Position numbers and translations under genes: made by a program. Source: an uncultured Atopobiaceae bacterium (GTDB taxonomy: Bacteria > Actinomycetota > Coriobacteriia > Coriobacteriales > Atopobiaceae). From it: 64,000 nt of DNA. The notes beneath the pieces are model-generated. The model saw nothing but the letters and a program-made list of their open reading frames with translations. It was not told the origin of the DNA and ran no database searches. Numbering within the stretch: the first letter of the stretch is position 1; the number at the start of each line of letters is the position of its first letter. The DNA lies in assembly GCA_963927425.1 (NCBI GenBank), contig CAWVBA010000003.1:113582-177581 (forward strand). Direction: 5' to 3'. This document shows, piece after piece, positions 1 through 9,082 of this stretch.

Positions 1-180
1 GGCATGGCGGTGACGGCCGCGCTGGTGACGGCGCTCTTCACCGCGCTCGTCCTTCTCGGCTGGGGCGTGAGCGCGCTGCCCCCCGCCGCCGTCGCGCTCA
101 CGCTCGCCGCCTGCTGCCTGGGCGGCCTCGCGCTCGACGCGGCCAAGGTCGCGCTCTTTCGGCGCCTCGGCGTCTCGTAG
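1..180 (+). CDS. 3' end of a membrane protein, probably a P-type (H+/cation) ATPase C-terminus (partial)
   Basis: Frame 1 is open to TAG at 178-180: GMAVTAALVTALFTALVLLGWGVSALPP...LALDAAKVALFRRLGVS; hydrophobic helices and a DxxKV..FRR tail. Confidence 0.5.
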   Translation, partial: GMAVTAALVTALFTALVLLGWGVSALPPAAVALTLAACCLGGLALDAAKVALFRRLGVS

Positions 181-250
181 CCCGCGCGCCGCCCTCCCGC
201 GCGGCGCCATGCGCTACACTCGGGGGCGGCAACGGGAGGGGTGACGGCCT

Positions 251-1234
251 GTGGACATCAACCAGATCGCGCGAATGGCGGGCGTGTCCCGCGCCACGGT
301 CTCGCGCTATCTCAACGACGGCTACGTGAGCCAGGAGAAGCGCGCGGCCATCCGGCGCGTCATCGAGCGGACCGGCTACGTCCCCTCCCGCCAGGCCAAG
401 AGCCTGCGCACCGGCAAGACCAACGTCGTGGGCGTCATCATCCCCAAGATCAACTCCGCCTCGGTGAGCCGCATGGTCGCGGGCATCACGCTCGTGCTCA
501 ACGAGGCCGGCTACCAGGTCCTTCTCGCCAACACGGACAACGACGCCTCCCGCGAGGTGGACTACCTGCATCTCTTTTCCGAGAAGAGCCAGGTGGACGG
601 CGTCATCCTCATCGCCACTGTGATCACGCCCGAGCACCGCGAGGCCATCTCAGCCCTGCCCGTGCCGATCGTGGTGCTCGACCAGGACGTGGACCTGTGC
701 TCCTGCGTCCACCAGAACGACCGCGACGGCATGCGCGACGTGACCGCGGTCGCCCTGCGCGACGCGCGCCGGCCCGCCTACATCGGCGTCTTCGAGGAGG
801 ACGTCGCCGTGGGCCAGATGCGACGCGCGGGCTTTCTCGACGCGTGCGCCGCGGCGGGCGTGGAGGTCCCCGAGCGGGCCATGCGCATCGCCGACTTCAC
901 GCTGGACTCGGGCTACGAGCAGACCGAGGCGCTGCTCGAGGCCTACCCCGAGCTCGACGCCATCGTCTGCGCCACCGACTCCATCGCCTACGGCGCCCTC
1001 ACCTGCCTGCGCGAGTACGGCCACCGCGTACCCGAGGAGGTCAGCGTGACGGGCATGGACGACTCCGAGATCTCCCAGATCGTCACGCCCACGCTGACCA
1101 CGGTCCACCTGCACTACAAGACCTCCGGCGCCGAGACGGCCAAGATGCTCGTGGGCCTCATGTCCGGCGAGGAGAGCGTGACGCGCCGCGTCAAGATGAG
1201 CTACGAGGTCGTGACCAGAAACTCCACGCGGTAG
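251..1234 (+). CDS. scrR: LacI-family sucrose operon repressor
   Basis: HTH INQIARMAGVSRATVSRYLN, sugar-binding domain, next to sucrose PTS/GH32. Confidence 0.9.
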   Translation: MDINQIARMAGVSRATVSRYLNDGYVSQEKRAAIRRVIERTGYVPSRQAKSLRTGKTNVVGVIIPKINSASVSRMVAGITLVLNEAGYQVLLANTDNDASREVDYLHLFSEKSQVDGVILIATVITPEHREAISALPVPIVVLDQDVDLCSCVHQNDRDGMRDVTAVALRDARRPAYIGVFEEDVAVGQMRRAGFLDACAAAGVEVPERAMRIADFTLDSGYEQTEALLEAYPELDAIVCATDSIAYGALTCLREYGHRVPEEVSVTGMDDSEISQIVTPTLTTVHLHYKTSGAETAKMLVGLMSGEESVTRRVKMSYEVVTRNSTR

Positions 1235-1335
1235 CAGGGTCGCGAGCCCGCGCGCCCGCATCGCGTTGCGGGCGGTTTTGCGCCCCCTCTCCCCGTCGCG
1301 TTCGTCGCCCGGCCGCTTCCGTCAGCCTCCCTGTA

Positions 1336-1477
1336 GTTTTGGGCAACATCTTTGATGCGCTGGCGAGAAGGACCGTGGCCGCGCCACGGCGCGCGACCGT
1401 TATCAGCGCAAACGTGACTGAGACGCGACGCGAACGCCCCTCTCGCCCGGCAAGGCATAAATCTTGTTGCCCAAAAC
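1336..1477. repeat. MITE-like element, family A (TIR GTTTTGGGCAACA...TGTTGCCCAAAAC)
   Basis: Inverted ends at 1336 and 1465-1477; same ends at 16196-16349 and 32143-32280. Confidence 0.7.
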
Positions 1478-1606
1478 CACCGCCGTCCGGTCAAAACAGC
1501 CCCTTGCCGGAGCGCGACGCCCAATCGCCCCCCACAAAGACCGCTCACCGACAAATTGCCGCCGCCGGCAAGTCCCTTCTCGCTCCGTGGTTTTCTCGCC
1601 GTATTG

Positions 1607-1636
1607 TGAGAACGATTCCATATGAGAACGATTTCA
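1607..1636. promoter_or_regulatory. Two tandem LacI-type operators (putative ScrR sites)
   Basis: TGAGAACGATTCCA (1607-1620) and TGAGAACGATTTCA (1623-1636) upstream of scrA; central CG pseudo-palindromes. Confidence 0.7.
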
Positions 1637-1678
1637 TAGTGGATAATCCCAAACGGGAGAAGAGAGAGGACGGTTTGA

Positions 1679-3658
1679 ATGGCACTTGACTACAGACAGG
1701 CGGCCCAGGAGATCCTGGACGCCATCGGCGGGCCCGGCAACGTGGTCTCGGCGGCGCACTGCGCCACGCGGCTGCGCCTCGTGCTCGCCGACGACTCCAA
1801 GGTCAACCAGACGGCCGTGGACAACGCGACCGGCGCCAAGGGCAACTTCAAGGCCTCCGGGCAGCTCCAGGTCATCTACGGCACGGGCACGGTGAACAAG
1901 GTCTACGACGAGTTCATCGACCTCGGCCACATCACGGCCGCCACCAAGGCGGAGGTCAAGGAGGCCGCCGCCCAGCAGCAGACCAACCCCTTCATGCGCG
2001 CGATCAAGCTCCTGGGAGACGTCTTCGTGCCCATCATTCCGGCCATCGTGGCCTCGGGCCTGCTGCTCGGCATCATGAGCGCCCTCTCCTTCATGGACAC
2101 CAACGGCTTCATCACGCTCGACACCAATAACGCCTGGTACCAGATCCTGAACCTCGTCTCCAACACGGCGTTCACGTTCCTGCAGATCCTCATCGGCTTC
2201 TCCGCGGCCAAGGCCTTTGGCGCCAACCCCTACCTCGGCGCCGTCGTGGGCATGCTGCTCATCAACCCGGGCCTGCAGAACGCCAACACCGTGGCCACCG
2301 AGGGCGTGCAGCAGACCTATGCCGTCATCCCCGGCCTCTACTCCATCGAGTGGACCGGCTACCAGGGCCACGTCATCCCCATCGTCATCGCGGCGGGCAT
2401 CCTCGCGTTCATCGAGAAGCGCCTGCACAAGGTGGTCCCCGAGGCCTTTGACCTCTTTGTGACCCCGCTCGTGTCCGTGGCCGTCACGGCCTACGTCACC
2501 ATGCTCGCCGTCGGACCCATCTTCGTCTGGGCGGAGAACGCCATCCTCGGCGGCATCCAGTTCCTGCTCACGCTGCCGCTCGGCCTGGGCTCGCTCATCA
2601 TGGGCGCCCTCTACGCTCCCACCGTGGTCACCGGCATCCACCAGATGTACACCACGATCGACCTCGGCCAGATCGCCACGTACGGCGTGACCTACTGGCT
2701 GCCGCTCGCAAGCGCCGCCAACATCGGCCAGGCCGGCGCCGCCCTCGCCGTGGCCCTCAAGACCAAGGACGTCAAGGTCCGCTCGCTCGCCCTCCCCTCC
2801 TCGCTCTCCGCGTTCATGGGCATCACCGAGCCCGCCATCTTTGGCGTCAACCTGCGCTTCTTCAAGCCCTTCGTGGCCGGCTGCATCGGCGGCGGCCTGG
2901 GCGCCATGTTTGCCTCGGTCGTGGGGCTCGCCGCCGCGGGCACCGGCGTCACCGGCATCTTTGGCATCCTGCTCTGCCTCAACCAGCCCGTGCAGTACGT
3001 GATCATGTTCGCCATCGCGGGTGTCGTGGCCTTTGCGATCTCCTACGCGCTCTACAAGGACCCCGAGCCCGCCGCCGCGGCCGATAAGCCCGTCGTCCAG
3101 GCATCCGTCAGCGCCCCCGCCACCGACGCCGAGAGCGCCGCGACCCTCTCCGCCGCCGCGGCCGACGCGGCCGTGGCCGCGGTGGCCGGCGCCGCCCCGG
3201 CCGTGCGCGCCGAGGTCCTGCTCGCCCCGATGGCCGGGACCGCCATCAAGATGACCGACGTCCCCGACCCCGTCTTCGCGAGCGAGGCCATGGGCACCGG
3301 CGCCGCCGTGCGGCCCACCGAGGGCAGGCTCTGCGCGCCCGCCGCGGGCACCGTGACCGTGCTCGCCGAGACCGGCCACGCCCTCGGCATGACCACCGAC
3401 GCCGGCGCCGAGGTCCTGATGCACATCGGCATCGACACCGTGACCCTTGAGGGCGCGCCGTTCACCGCGCACGTCAAGGTGGGCGACCACGTGGAGGCCG
3501 GCCAGCTCCTCATGGACGTCGATCTTGACGCCATCCGCGCCGCCGGGCTCGACCCCGTGACGCCCGTGATCGTCACCAACACGGACGCCTACGCTGAGGT
3601 CACGCCGCACGCGGGCGCCGAGGTGCACGCCGGCGACGCCCTCGTGGACCTGGCTTAG
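1679..3658 (+). CDS. scrA: Sucrose-specific PTS EIIBCA
   Basis: EIIB HCATRLR, EIIC GITEPAIFGVNL, EIIA GHALG..EVLMHIGIDTV. Confidence 0.93.
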   Translation: MALDYRQAAQEILDAIGGPGNVVSAAHCATRLRLVLADDSKVNQTAVDNATGAKGNFKASGQLQVIYGTGTVNKVYDEFIDLGHITAATKAEVKEAAAQQQTNPFMRAIKLLGDVFVPIIPAIVASGLLLGIMSALSFMDTNGFITLDTNNAWYQILNLVSNTAFTFLQILIGFSAAKAFGANPYLGAVVGMLLINPGLQNANTVATEGVQQTYAVIPGLYSIEWTGYQGHVIPIVIAAGILAFIEKRLHKVVPEAFDLFVTPLVSVAVTAYVTMLAVGPIFVWAENAILGGIQFLLTLPLGLGSLIMGALYAPTVVTGIHQMYTTIDLGQIATYGVTYWLPLASAANIGQAGAALAVALKTKDVKVRSLALPSSLSAFMGITEPAIFGVNLRFFKPFVAGCIGGGLGAMFASVVGLAAAGTGVTGIFGILLCLNQPVQYVIMFAIAGVVAFAISYALYKDPEPAAAADKPVVQASVSAPATDAESAATLSAAAADAAVAAVAGAAPAVRAEVLLAPMAGTAIKMTDVPDPVFASEAMGTGAAVRPTEGRLCAPAAGTVTVLAETGHALGMTTDAGAEVLMHIGIDTVTLEGAPFTAHVKVGDHVEAGQLLMDVDLDAIRAAGLDPVTPVIVTNTDAYAEVTPHAGAEVHAGDALVDLA

Positions 3659-3737
3659 CGTCATCGAACGTCCCTTCCGTCCCTCCTTCCGGGGCGGCCC
3701 GTGCCGGACGGGCCGCCTCCTCACACAAAGGAGCCTC

Positions 3738-5133
3738 ATGTCACACGACACCTGGCGCATGGGCTTTCACCTCATGCCCCCGACCGGCTGGCTCAACGAC
3801 CCAAACGGCCTCTGCCAGCTTGACGGTACCTATCACGTCTTCTACCAGTACAGCCCCGACTGGCCCGCACCGGACGCGCCGCGCGGGTGGGGCCACTTTG
3901 CGAGCGAGGACCTCGTACGCTGGCGCGCCGTGGACCGGGAGTTCGTCATCGCACCGGACACGCCGGACGAGGCCTCGGGCGCCTACTCGGGCTGCGCCGT
4001 GCCGTACGAGGGGGGCGCGCGCCTCTACTACACCGGCAACGTCAAGGAGCCCGGCGACTTTGACTACGTGCACGACGGCCGCCGCTCCGTGCAGATCCTC
4101 GTGGAGAGCCCGGACGGCTACCGGATGGGCGAGAAGAGCGTCCTGCTGAGAAACGCCGACTACCCGGCGTTCTGCACCCGCCACGTGCGCGACCCCAAGG
4201 TCTGGCGCGAGGGCGGCACCTGGTGGATGGTCCTCGGCGCGCGCGACCTCGACGACCACGGCCTCGCGCTCGTGCTGCGCTCCGCCGACGGCCTTGCCTG
4301 GGAGAACGCCGGGACCGTCCGGCCCGCGGAGCCCTTTGGCTACATGTGGGAGTGCCCCGATCGCATTGAGCTCGGCGGCCGCGAGTGGCTCTCGTTCTGC
4401 CCGCAGGGCATGCAGGGCCTCCCCTGGGCCAACGGCATCCGCGACCAGGCGGGCTACGTCCCCATGGCGCCGGGCGCGCGCCTGTGCGAGGGAGCCGTGG
4501 TGGACGCGGGCTCCTTCCGCCGCTGGGACTGCGGCTTTGACTTCTACGCGCCGCAGACCTTCGTGGACGAGTCCGGCCGCACGCTCCTGATCGCCTGGAT
4601 GGGGCTTCCCGAGGCCGACTTCGAGAGCGCACCGGACGGCATGACGTGGTGCCACTGCCTCACCGTGCCGCGCGAGGTCACGGCCGGCGCGGGGGGGCGC
4701 GCTCCTCCAGCGGCCGGCAGCAGAGCTCGAGGCGCTGCGCGGCGCGCGGCACGAGCTCGCGGCGGGCGGGACGCTCGAGCTGGCCGAGCACCGTGCCGAC
4801 GTCCTTCTCGGCAGCGTCCAGGGCCCGCTCGAGCTTGCGCTCGACGACGCGCTCCGCGTCCTGTGGGACGGCGCGACACTCTCGCTGCGCTTTGCGGACG
4901 ACGCCGTGGGCTGCGGGCGCACCGAGCGGACCACCACCTGCGACGACCTGCGCGACCTGCGCGTGCTTATCGACAGCTCGGCCGTGGAGGTCTTTGCCAA
5001 CGACGGCGAGCTCGCGTTTGCCACGCGCTGGTTCCCCCGCGCGCCGAGGCTCGCGCTCCGCCTCGACGGCGGAGGCCGCGGCGCGGTCTGGGAGATGGGT
5101 GACGGCATGGAGGGGACCTACGACCTTGTGTGA
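3738..5133 (+). pseudogene. scrB: GH32 sucrose-6-phosphate hydrolase, frameshifted at G7 run 4691-4697 (may be a sequencing error)
   Basis: WLNDPNG, RDP and WECP motifs; C-terminal domain (LRVLIDSSAVEVF) continues in another frame to TGA 5133. Confidence 0.85.
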
Positions 5134-5170
5134 CAATGGGCGGGCACGCACCGTCTGCCGGGAGGAACCC

Positions 5171-6697
5171 ATGGCCTCAGCCGACCCCGCGAGCGCCCCG
5201 CTCGCCGCACACGACGCAGCCCTCGAGCACGCCGAGAAGGGCGTGGCATCGCTCGCCTCCCACCGCGGGAGCCGCTGGTACCCCACCTTTCACGTGGCCT
5301 CCCCGGGCGGCTGGATCAACGACCCCAACGGCCTCTGCCACTTCCGCGGGCGCTGGCACGCCTTCTACCAGCTCCATCCCTTTGGCACGCAGTGGGGGCC
5401 CATGCACTGGGGGCACGCGTCGAGCGCCGACCTCGTCCACTGGCGCACCGAGCCCGTCGCCCTGGCGCCGAGCCTTCCGGCCGAGCGCGACGGCGTCTAC
5501 TCGGGCTCGGCCGTCGTGGGAGACGACGGCGCGCTCCACGTGCTCTACACCGCCCACCGCTGGCGCAACGGGCATGACGAGGCGGAGGGCAACCTCGAGG
5601 TCCAGTGCCTCGCCACCTCCGCTGACGGCGTGCGCTTTGAGAAGCGCGGCGTGGTGATCGGCAATCCCGAGGGCCTGCGCGACTTCCGCGACCCCAAGGT
5701 CTGGCGCCAGGGCGACGCCTGGTGCGCCGTCGTGGGGCGCCGCGCGCCGGACGGGCGGGGCGAGATCGTGCTCTTTCGCTCCGACGACCTCGTCCGCTGG
5801 CGGAATGAGGGTGTGCTCTACCGCCACCCGGACCCGCATGTCTACATGCTCGAGTGCCCCGACCTCTTTGAGCTGGCCGCGCCGGGCGGAGAGCGGCGCT
5901 GGGTGCTCTGCTTCTCCGCCATGGGCGCGCGGCCGGAGGGCTACCGCAACCGCAACTTCAACAACGCAGGCTATCTCGTGGGCTCGTGGCGGCCGGGCGA
6001 GCGCTTTGAGGGCGCGGGGGACTTTGCGCCGCTCGACTGGGGCCCCAACTTCTATGCCCCGCAGACCCTGGAGGCGCCGGACGGCCGTCGCATCCTGATG
6101 GGGTGGATGAGCCCCAACTTTGGCGCGCTGCCCACACAGGCCGACGGCTGGTGCGGCCAGCTCACGGTGCCGCGCGAGCTCTCCCTCGCGGCCGACGGGA
6201 CGCTGCGCTGCTCGCCCGCGCGCGAGCTCGAGGCGCTCTGGGGTCCGGCGCGCGAGCACGGCCCGGTCGCGCTCGCCGCCAACGAGGAGCTCGTCGTCGA
6301 GAAGGACCTCGCGGTCGGCCGCGTGGACCTCACGATCGACCTGGCCGCCTCGCGCGCCGAGCGCGCCGGCCTCAGGCTGCACGCCACGGCGGACGGCGGC
6401 TTCACCTACGTGGCCTACGACGACCAGTCCGGACGCGTGGTGCTCGACCGCCAGGCGGCGCGCACGGGCGAGCGCGGCTACCGGGCGGCGCCCGTCCCCG
6501 CGAGCGCGCTCGCGGCCGGGGAGCTCAGGCTGCGCGTCCTTCTCGACCGGGGGTCCGTCGAGGTCTTTGTGGGGGACGGCGAGCTGGTGCTGAGCGCCTA
6601 CAGCCTGCCCGGCGCGGGCCCGCGCGCCGTCAGCCTCGTGGCGGAGAACGGTGCGCTCAGGGCGAGCCGTCTCGCCGTCCGGCGGCCGCGCGCGTAG
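5171..6697 (+). CDS. GH32 beta-fructofuranosidase
   Basis: GGAGG RBS then ATG 5171; WINDPNG, GPMHWGH, FRDP, LECP, FYAPQT, DRGSVEVF. Confidence 0.9.
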   Translation: MASADPASAPLAAHDAALEHAEKGVASLASHRGSRWYPTFHVASPGGWINDPNGLCHFRGRWHAFYQLHPFGTQWGPMHWGHASSADLVHWRTEPVALAPSLPAERDGVYSGSAVVGDDGALHVLYTAHRWRNGHDEAEGNLEVQCLATSADGVRFEKRGVVIGNPEGLRDFRDPKVWRQGDAWCAVVGRRAPDGRGEIVLFRSDDLVRWRNEGVLYRHPDPHVYMLECPDLFELAAPGGERRWVLCFSAMGARPEGYRNRNFNNAGYLVGSWRPGERFEGAGDFAPLDWGPNFYAPQTLEAPDGRRILMGWMSPNFGALPTQADGWCGQLTVPRELSLAADGTLRCSPARELEALWGPAREHGPVALAANEELVVEKDLAVGRVDLTIDLAASRAERAGLRLHATADGGFTYVAYDDQSGRVVLDRQAARTGERGYRAAPVPASALAAGELRLRVLLDRGSVEVFVGDGELVLSAYSLPGAGPRAVSLVAENGALRASRLAVRRPRA

Positions 6698-6718
6698 GCG
6701 CGGGGCGAGGCGGGCGCG

Positions 6719-7516
6719 CTACGAGCGGGCGTCCAGCAGCTCGCGCAGGGCGCGCTGGACGGCGTGCCCGGTGTTGGGGCCAATCACGCGCTCGGCGATC
6801 TGACGCAGCGAGTAGCAGGCGTTCTCCACGACCACCGGGTGCCCCACAAAGCGCAGCATCGCGTAGTCGTTCATCGAGTCGCCAAAGGCGAGCACCTCGT
6901 CCGCGGCCACGCCAAAGTAGCGCATCACCTGCGCCAGGCCCACGGCCTTGTTCACGCGCGCGGGCGCCACGTCGATCCAGCGCGAGCCGCTCGGCAGGAA
7001 GGTGAACCACTCCCCCAGCTCGCGCTCCAGCACATAGGCCATCTCGGTGATGAGCTCGGGACGGTCGCAGCAGACCGCCGCCTTGATGATGTTGACCGTG
7101 GGCGCGGGCGGGTCGTAGACGCGCACGGCCGAGCCGAGGTCCTTGTCGAGCTCGCTGATGTAGGAGCTGAGGTCGTCGATCAGATAGGTGGCGTCGTCCT
7201 CGTAGACGGCCAGGTGCAGGCAGTCGAACATCGCGCACGTCTCAAAGAGCCGCTGGACGGAGAGCGTGGAGAAGACCTCGCGGTCCAGCAGCTGGCCGTC
7301 GGCGTAGACCTGGGTGCCGAGCGAGGCCACGTAGCTGATCTCGTCGGCGATGGGCTCAAAGAACCAGCGGAGCGTGTCGTAGCGCCGGCCGGAGCTGGCC
7401 ACAAAGTGCACGCCTTTCTCGCGCAGGGCATGGATGAGCTCGAAGGTCTCCTCGGGCACATGGGTGTTCTCGTCGAGCAGGGTGCCGTCCATGTCCGACG
7501 CGATGAGCTTGATCAC
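6719..7516 (-). CDS. Cof-type HAD-IIB hydrolase
   Basis: ASDMDGTLL, SSGR, NKAVG, FGDSMND; GTG start after GGAGGGAG. Confidence 0.9.
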   Translation of the reverse strand: MIKLIASDMDGTLLDENTHVPEETFELIHALREKGVHFVASSGRRYDTLRWFFEPIADEISYVASLGTQVYADGQLLDREVFSTLSVQRLFETCAMFDCLHLAVYEDDATYLIDDLSSYISELDKDLGSAVRVYDPPAPTVNIIKAAVCCDRPELITEMAYVLERELGEWFTFLPSGSRWIDVAPARVNKAVGLAQVMRYFGVAADEVLAFGDSMNDYAMLRFVGHPVVVENACYSLRQIAERVIGPNTGHAVQRALRELLDARS

Positions 7517-7680
7517 GGGTGCTCCCCTCCTACGGGCCGGCCAGGCCACGCGGGCCGAATGGTGCCGACCGCCTGATATGGTATCGTTCTCATATTCGTC
7601 TACGTCGTGTTTCACGTCAAGAGCCAAGCCGGCGAGCGGCGCGCGGAACGCCATGCCCCCAAGGGGCGCACGCCGCCCCC

Positions 7681-8072
7681 GCCCAAATCGCGAATTGGGC
7701 GGTTGCGTCGGTCGGAATCATGTCACAAGGCGAGAAGAACCGCAGCTCAGGGGCTCGCGACAGAACCACGACGCTTTTCGTCCGCGCCCGACGTCGCCCA
7801 AATCGCGAATTGGGCGGCGGACGCAGCGGGGTCCCTGCGGCAGCAACCCAAATCGCGATTTGGGCGAGCGCATTAGTTGGGGCCGCGTCTTGTGGCGAGA
7901 AGAACCGCTGGTCAGGGAGCCTCGACAAGGGCTCGGCGCCTCCCGTCCGCGCCCGACGTTGCCCAAATCGCGATTTGGGCGACGGCCCTGCGCGCGACAA
8001 GGGATTTCCGGCCCGATGGCACGCGCAAATCCGGACTTGCCCCCCTCGTCGCGCCCAAATCGCGATTTGGGC
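7681..8072. repeat. Cluster of five palindromes (G)CCCAAATCGCGA(A/T)TTGGG(C) in a ~165-bp tandem duplication (family B)
   Basis: Copies at 7681, 7796, 7847, 7961, 8053; further copy at 36623. Confidence 0.85.
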
Positions 8073-8175
8073 GGCGGCCCCCGCGCTCGGCCCAGGAAAC
8101 ACGACGCGGCCCGCGCGCGGCCGGGAATCCCAGGCCGTGCGCGGGCCGTCCACAGGTGAGAGGGACCTCGCCCCG

Positions 8176-9067
8176 CTACTCCTCGAGCGCGCGGCGCGCG
8201 AGCTCGATGCCGCCGAGGATGCCCTGGTCGCCGCCAAGCGAGGCCGGGACCACGTAGCCGTCCAGGTCGGCGAGCTCACGGGTGCGCAGGTAGCCGCCGA
8301 TGTTGGCGGCGAGCTTCTCGCGCACGAGGCCAAAGAGCTGCCCCTGCTTCATCACGCCGCCGCCGAGGATGATCCGCTGCGGCGAGTAGCACATGACGTA
8401 GCTGGTGAGGGCCTGGGCGAGATAGTCGCTCTCGAGCTCCCAGACCTCCGGGCGGTCGGCCAGCTCCACGCCCGCCGCGCCCCAGCGGCGCTCGATCGCG
8501 GGCCCGGCCGCGAGCCCCTCCAGGCAGCAGTCGTGGAAGGGGCAGGTGCTCGGGGCGTCGTCGCCCGGGCGGCGCGTCACCAGGACGTGGCCGGCCTCGG
8601 GGTGGAGCATCCCGTGCAGCAGCCGCCCGTCGATCATCACGCCCGCGCCCACGCCGGTGCCCACCGTGAGGTAGACCACCACGTCCAGGCCGCGCGCGGC
8701 GCCAAAGGTGGCCTCGCCGAGGCAGGCCGCGTTGACGTCGGTGTCGTAGCCCACGGGCACGCCCAGGCCGCGCATGAGCTCGCCGCGGAAGTCGTAGCCG
8801 CGCCAGCCGGGCTTGGGGGTGTCCAGCACGCGCCCGTAGTCGGCCGAGCGCGGGTTCACCCCCCGTGGAGCCGAAGGCGCCCACGCCGAGCGCCGCCACC
8901 TCGCGCTCCGCGAACCACGCCACCATCCGCGGCACCACGTCCTCGGGCGCGGTGGTGGGGATCTCCTCGCGCTCCAAGACCGTGCCGTCGGCGGTGCCCA
9001 CGGCGAGCACCATCTTGGTGCCGCCCGCCTCGAGGGCCCCCAGGCGCGCGTTCTTCTCGTCCGACAT
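8176..9067 (-). pseudogene. ROK-family fructokinase/hexokinase, frameshift at C-run ~8860
   Basis: LEAGGTK N-terminus; TDVNAACLGE, TVGTGVGAG, HPEAGH, CPFHDCCLEG in second frame. Confidence 0.85.
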
Positions 9068-9082
9068 GTTCTCTCCCCTCTC

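Noticed and set aside
3694-3716. Short GC hairpins after scrA, at ~11881-11920, 18083-18110 and 30518-30549
   Set aside because: Ordinary intercistronic or terminator-like stems without further support
7681-8072. Possible CRISPR array
   Set aside because: Repeats only 18-20 bp, spacing irregular, spacers homologous to each other, no cas genes
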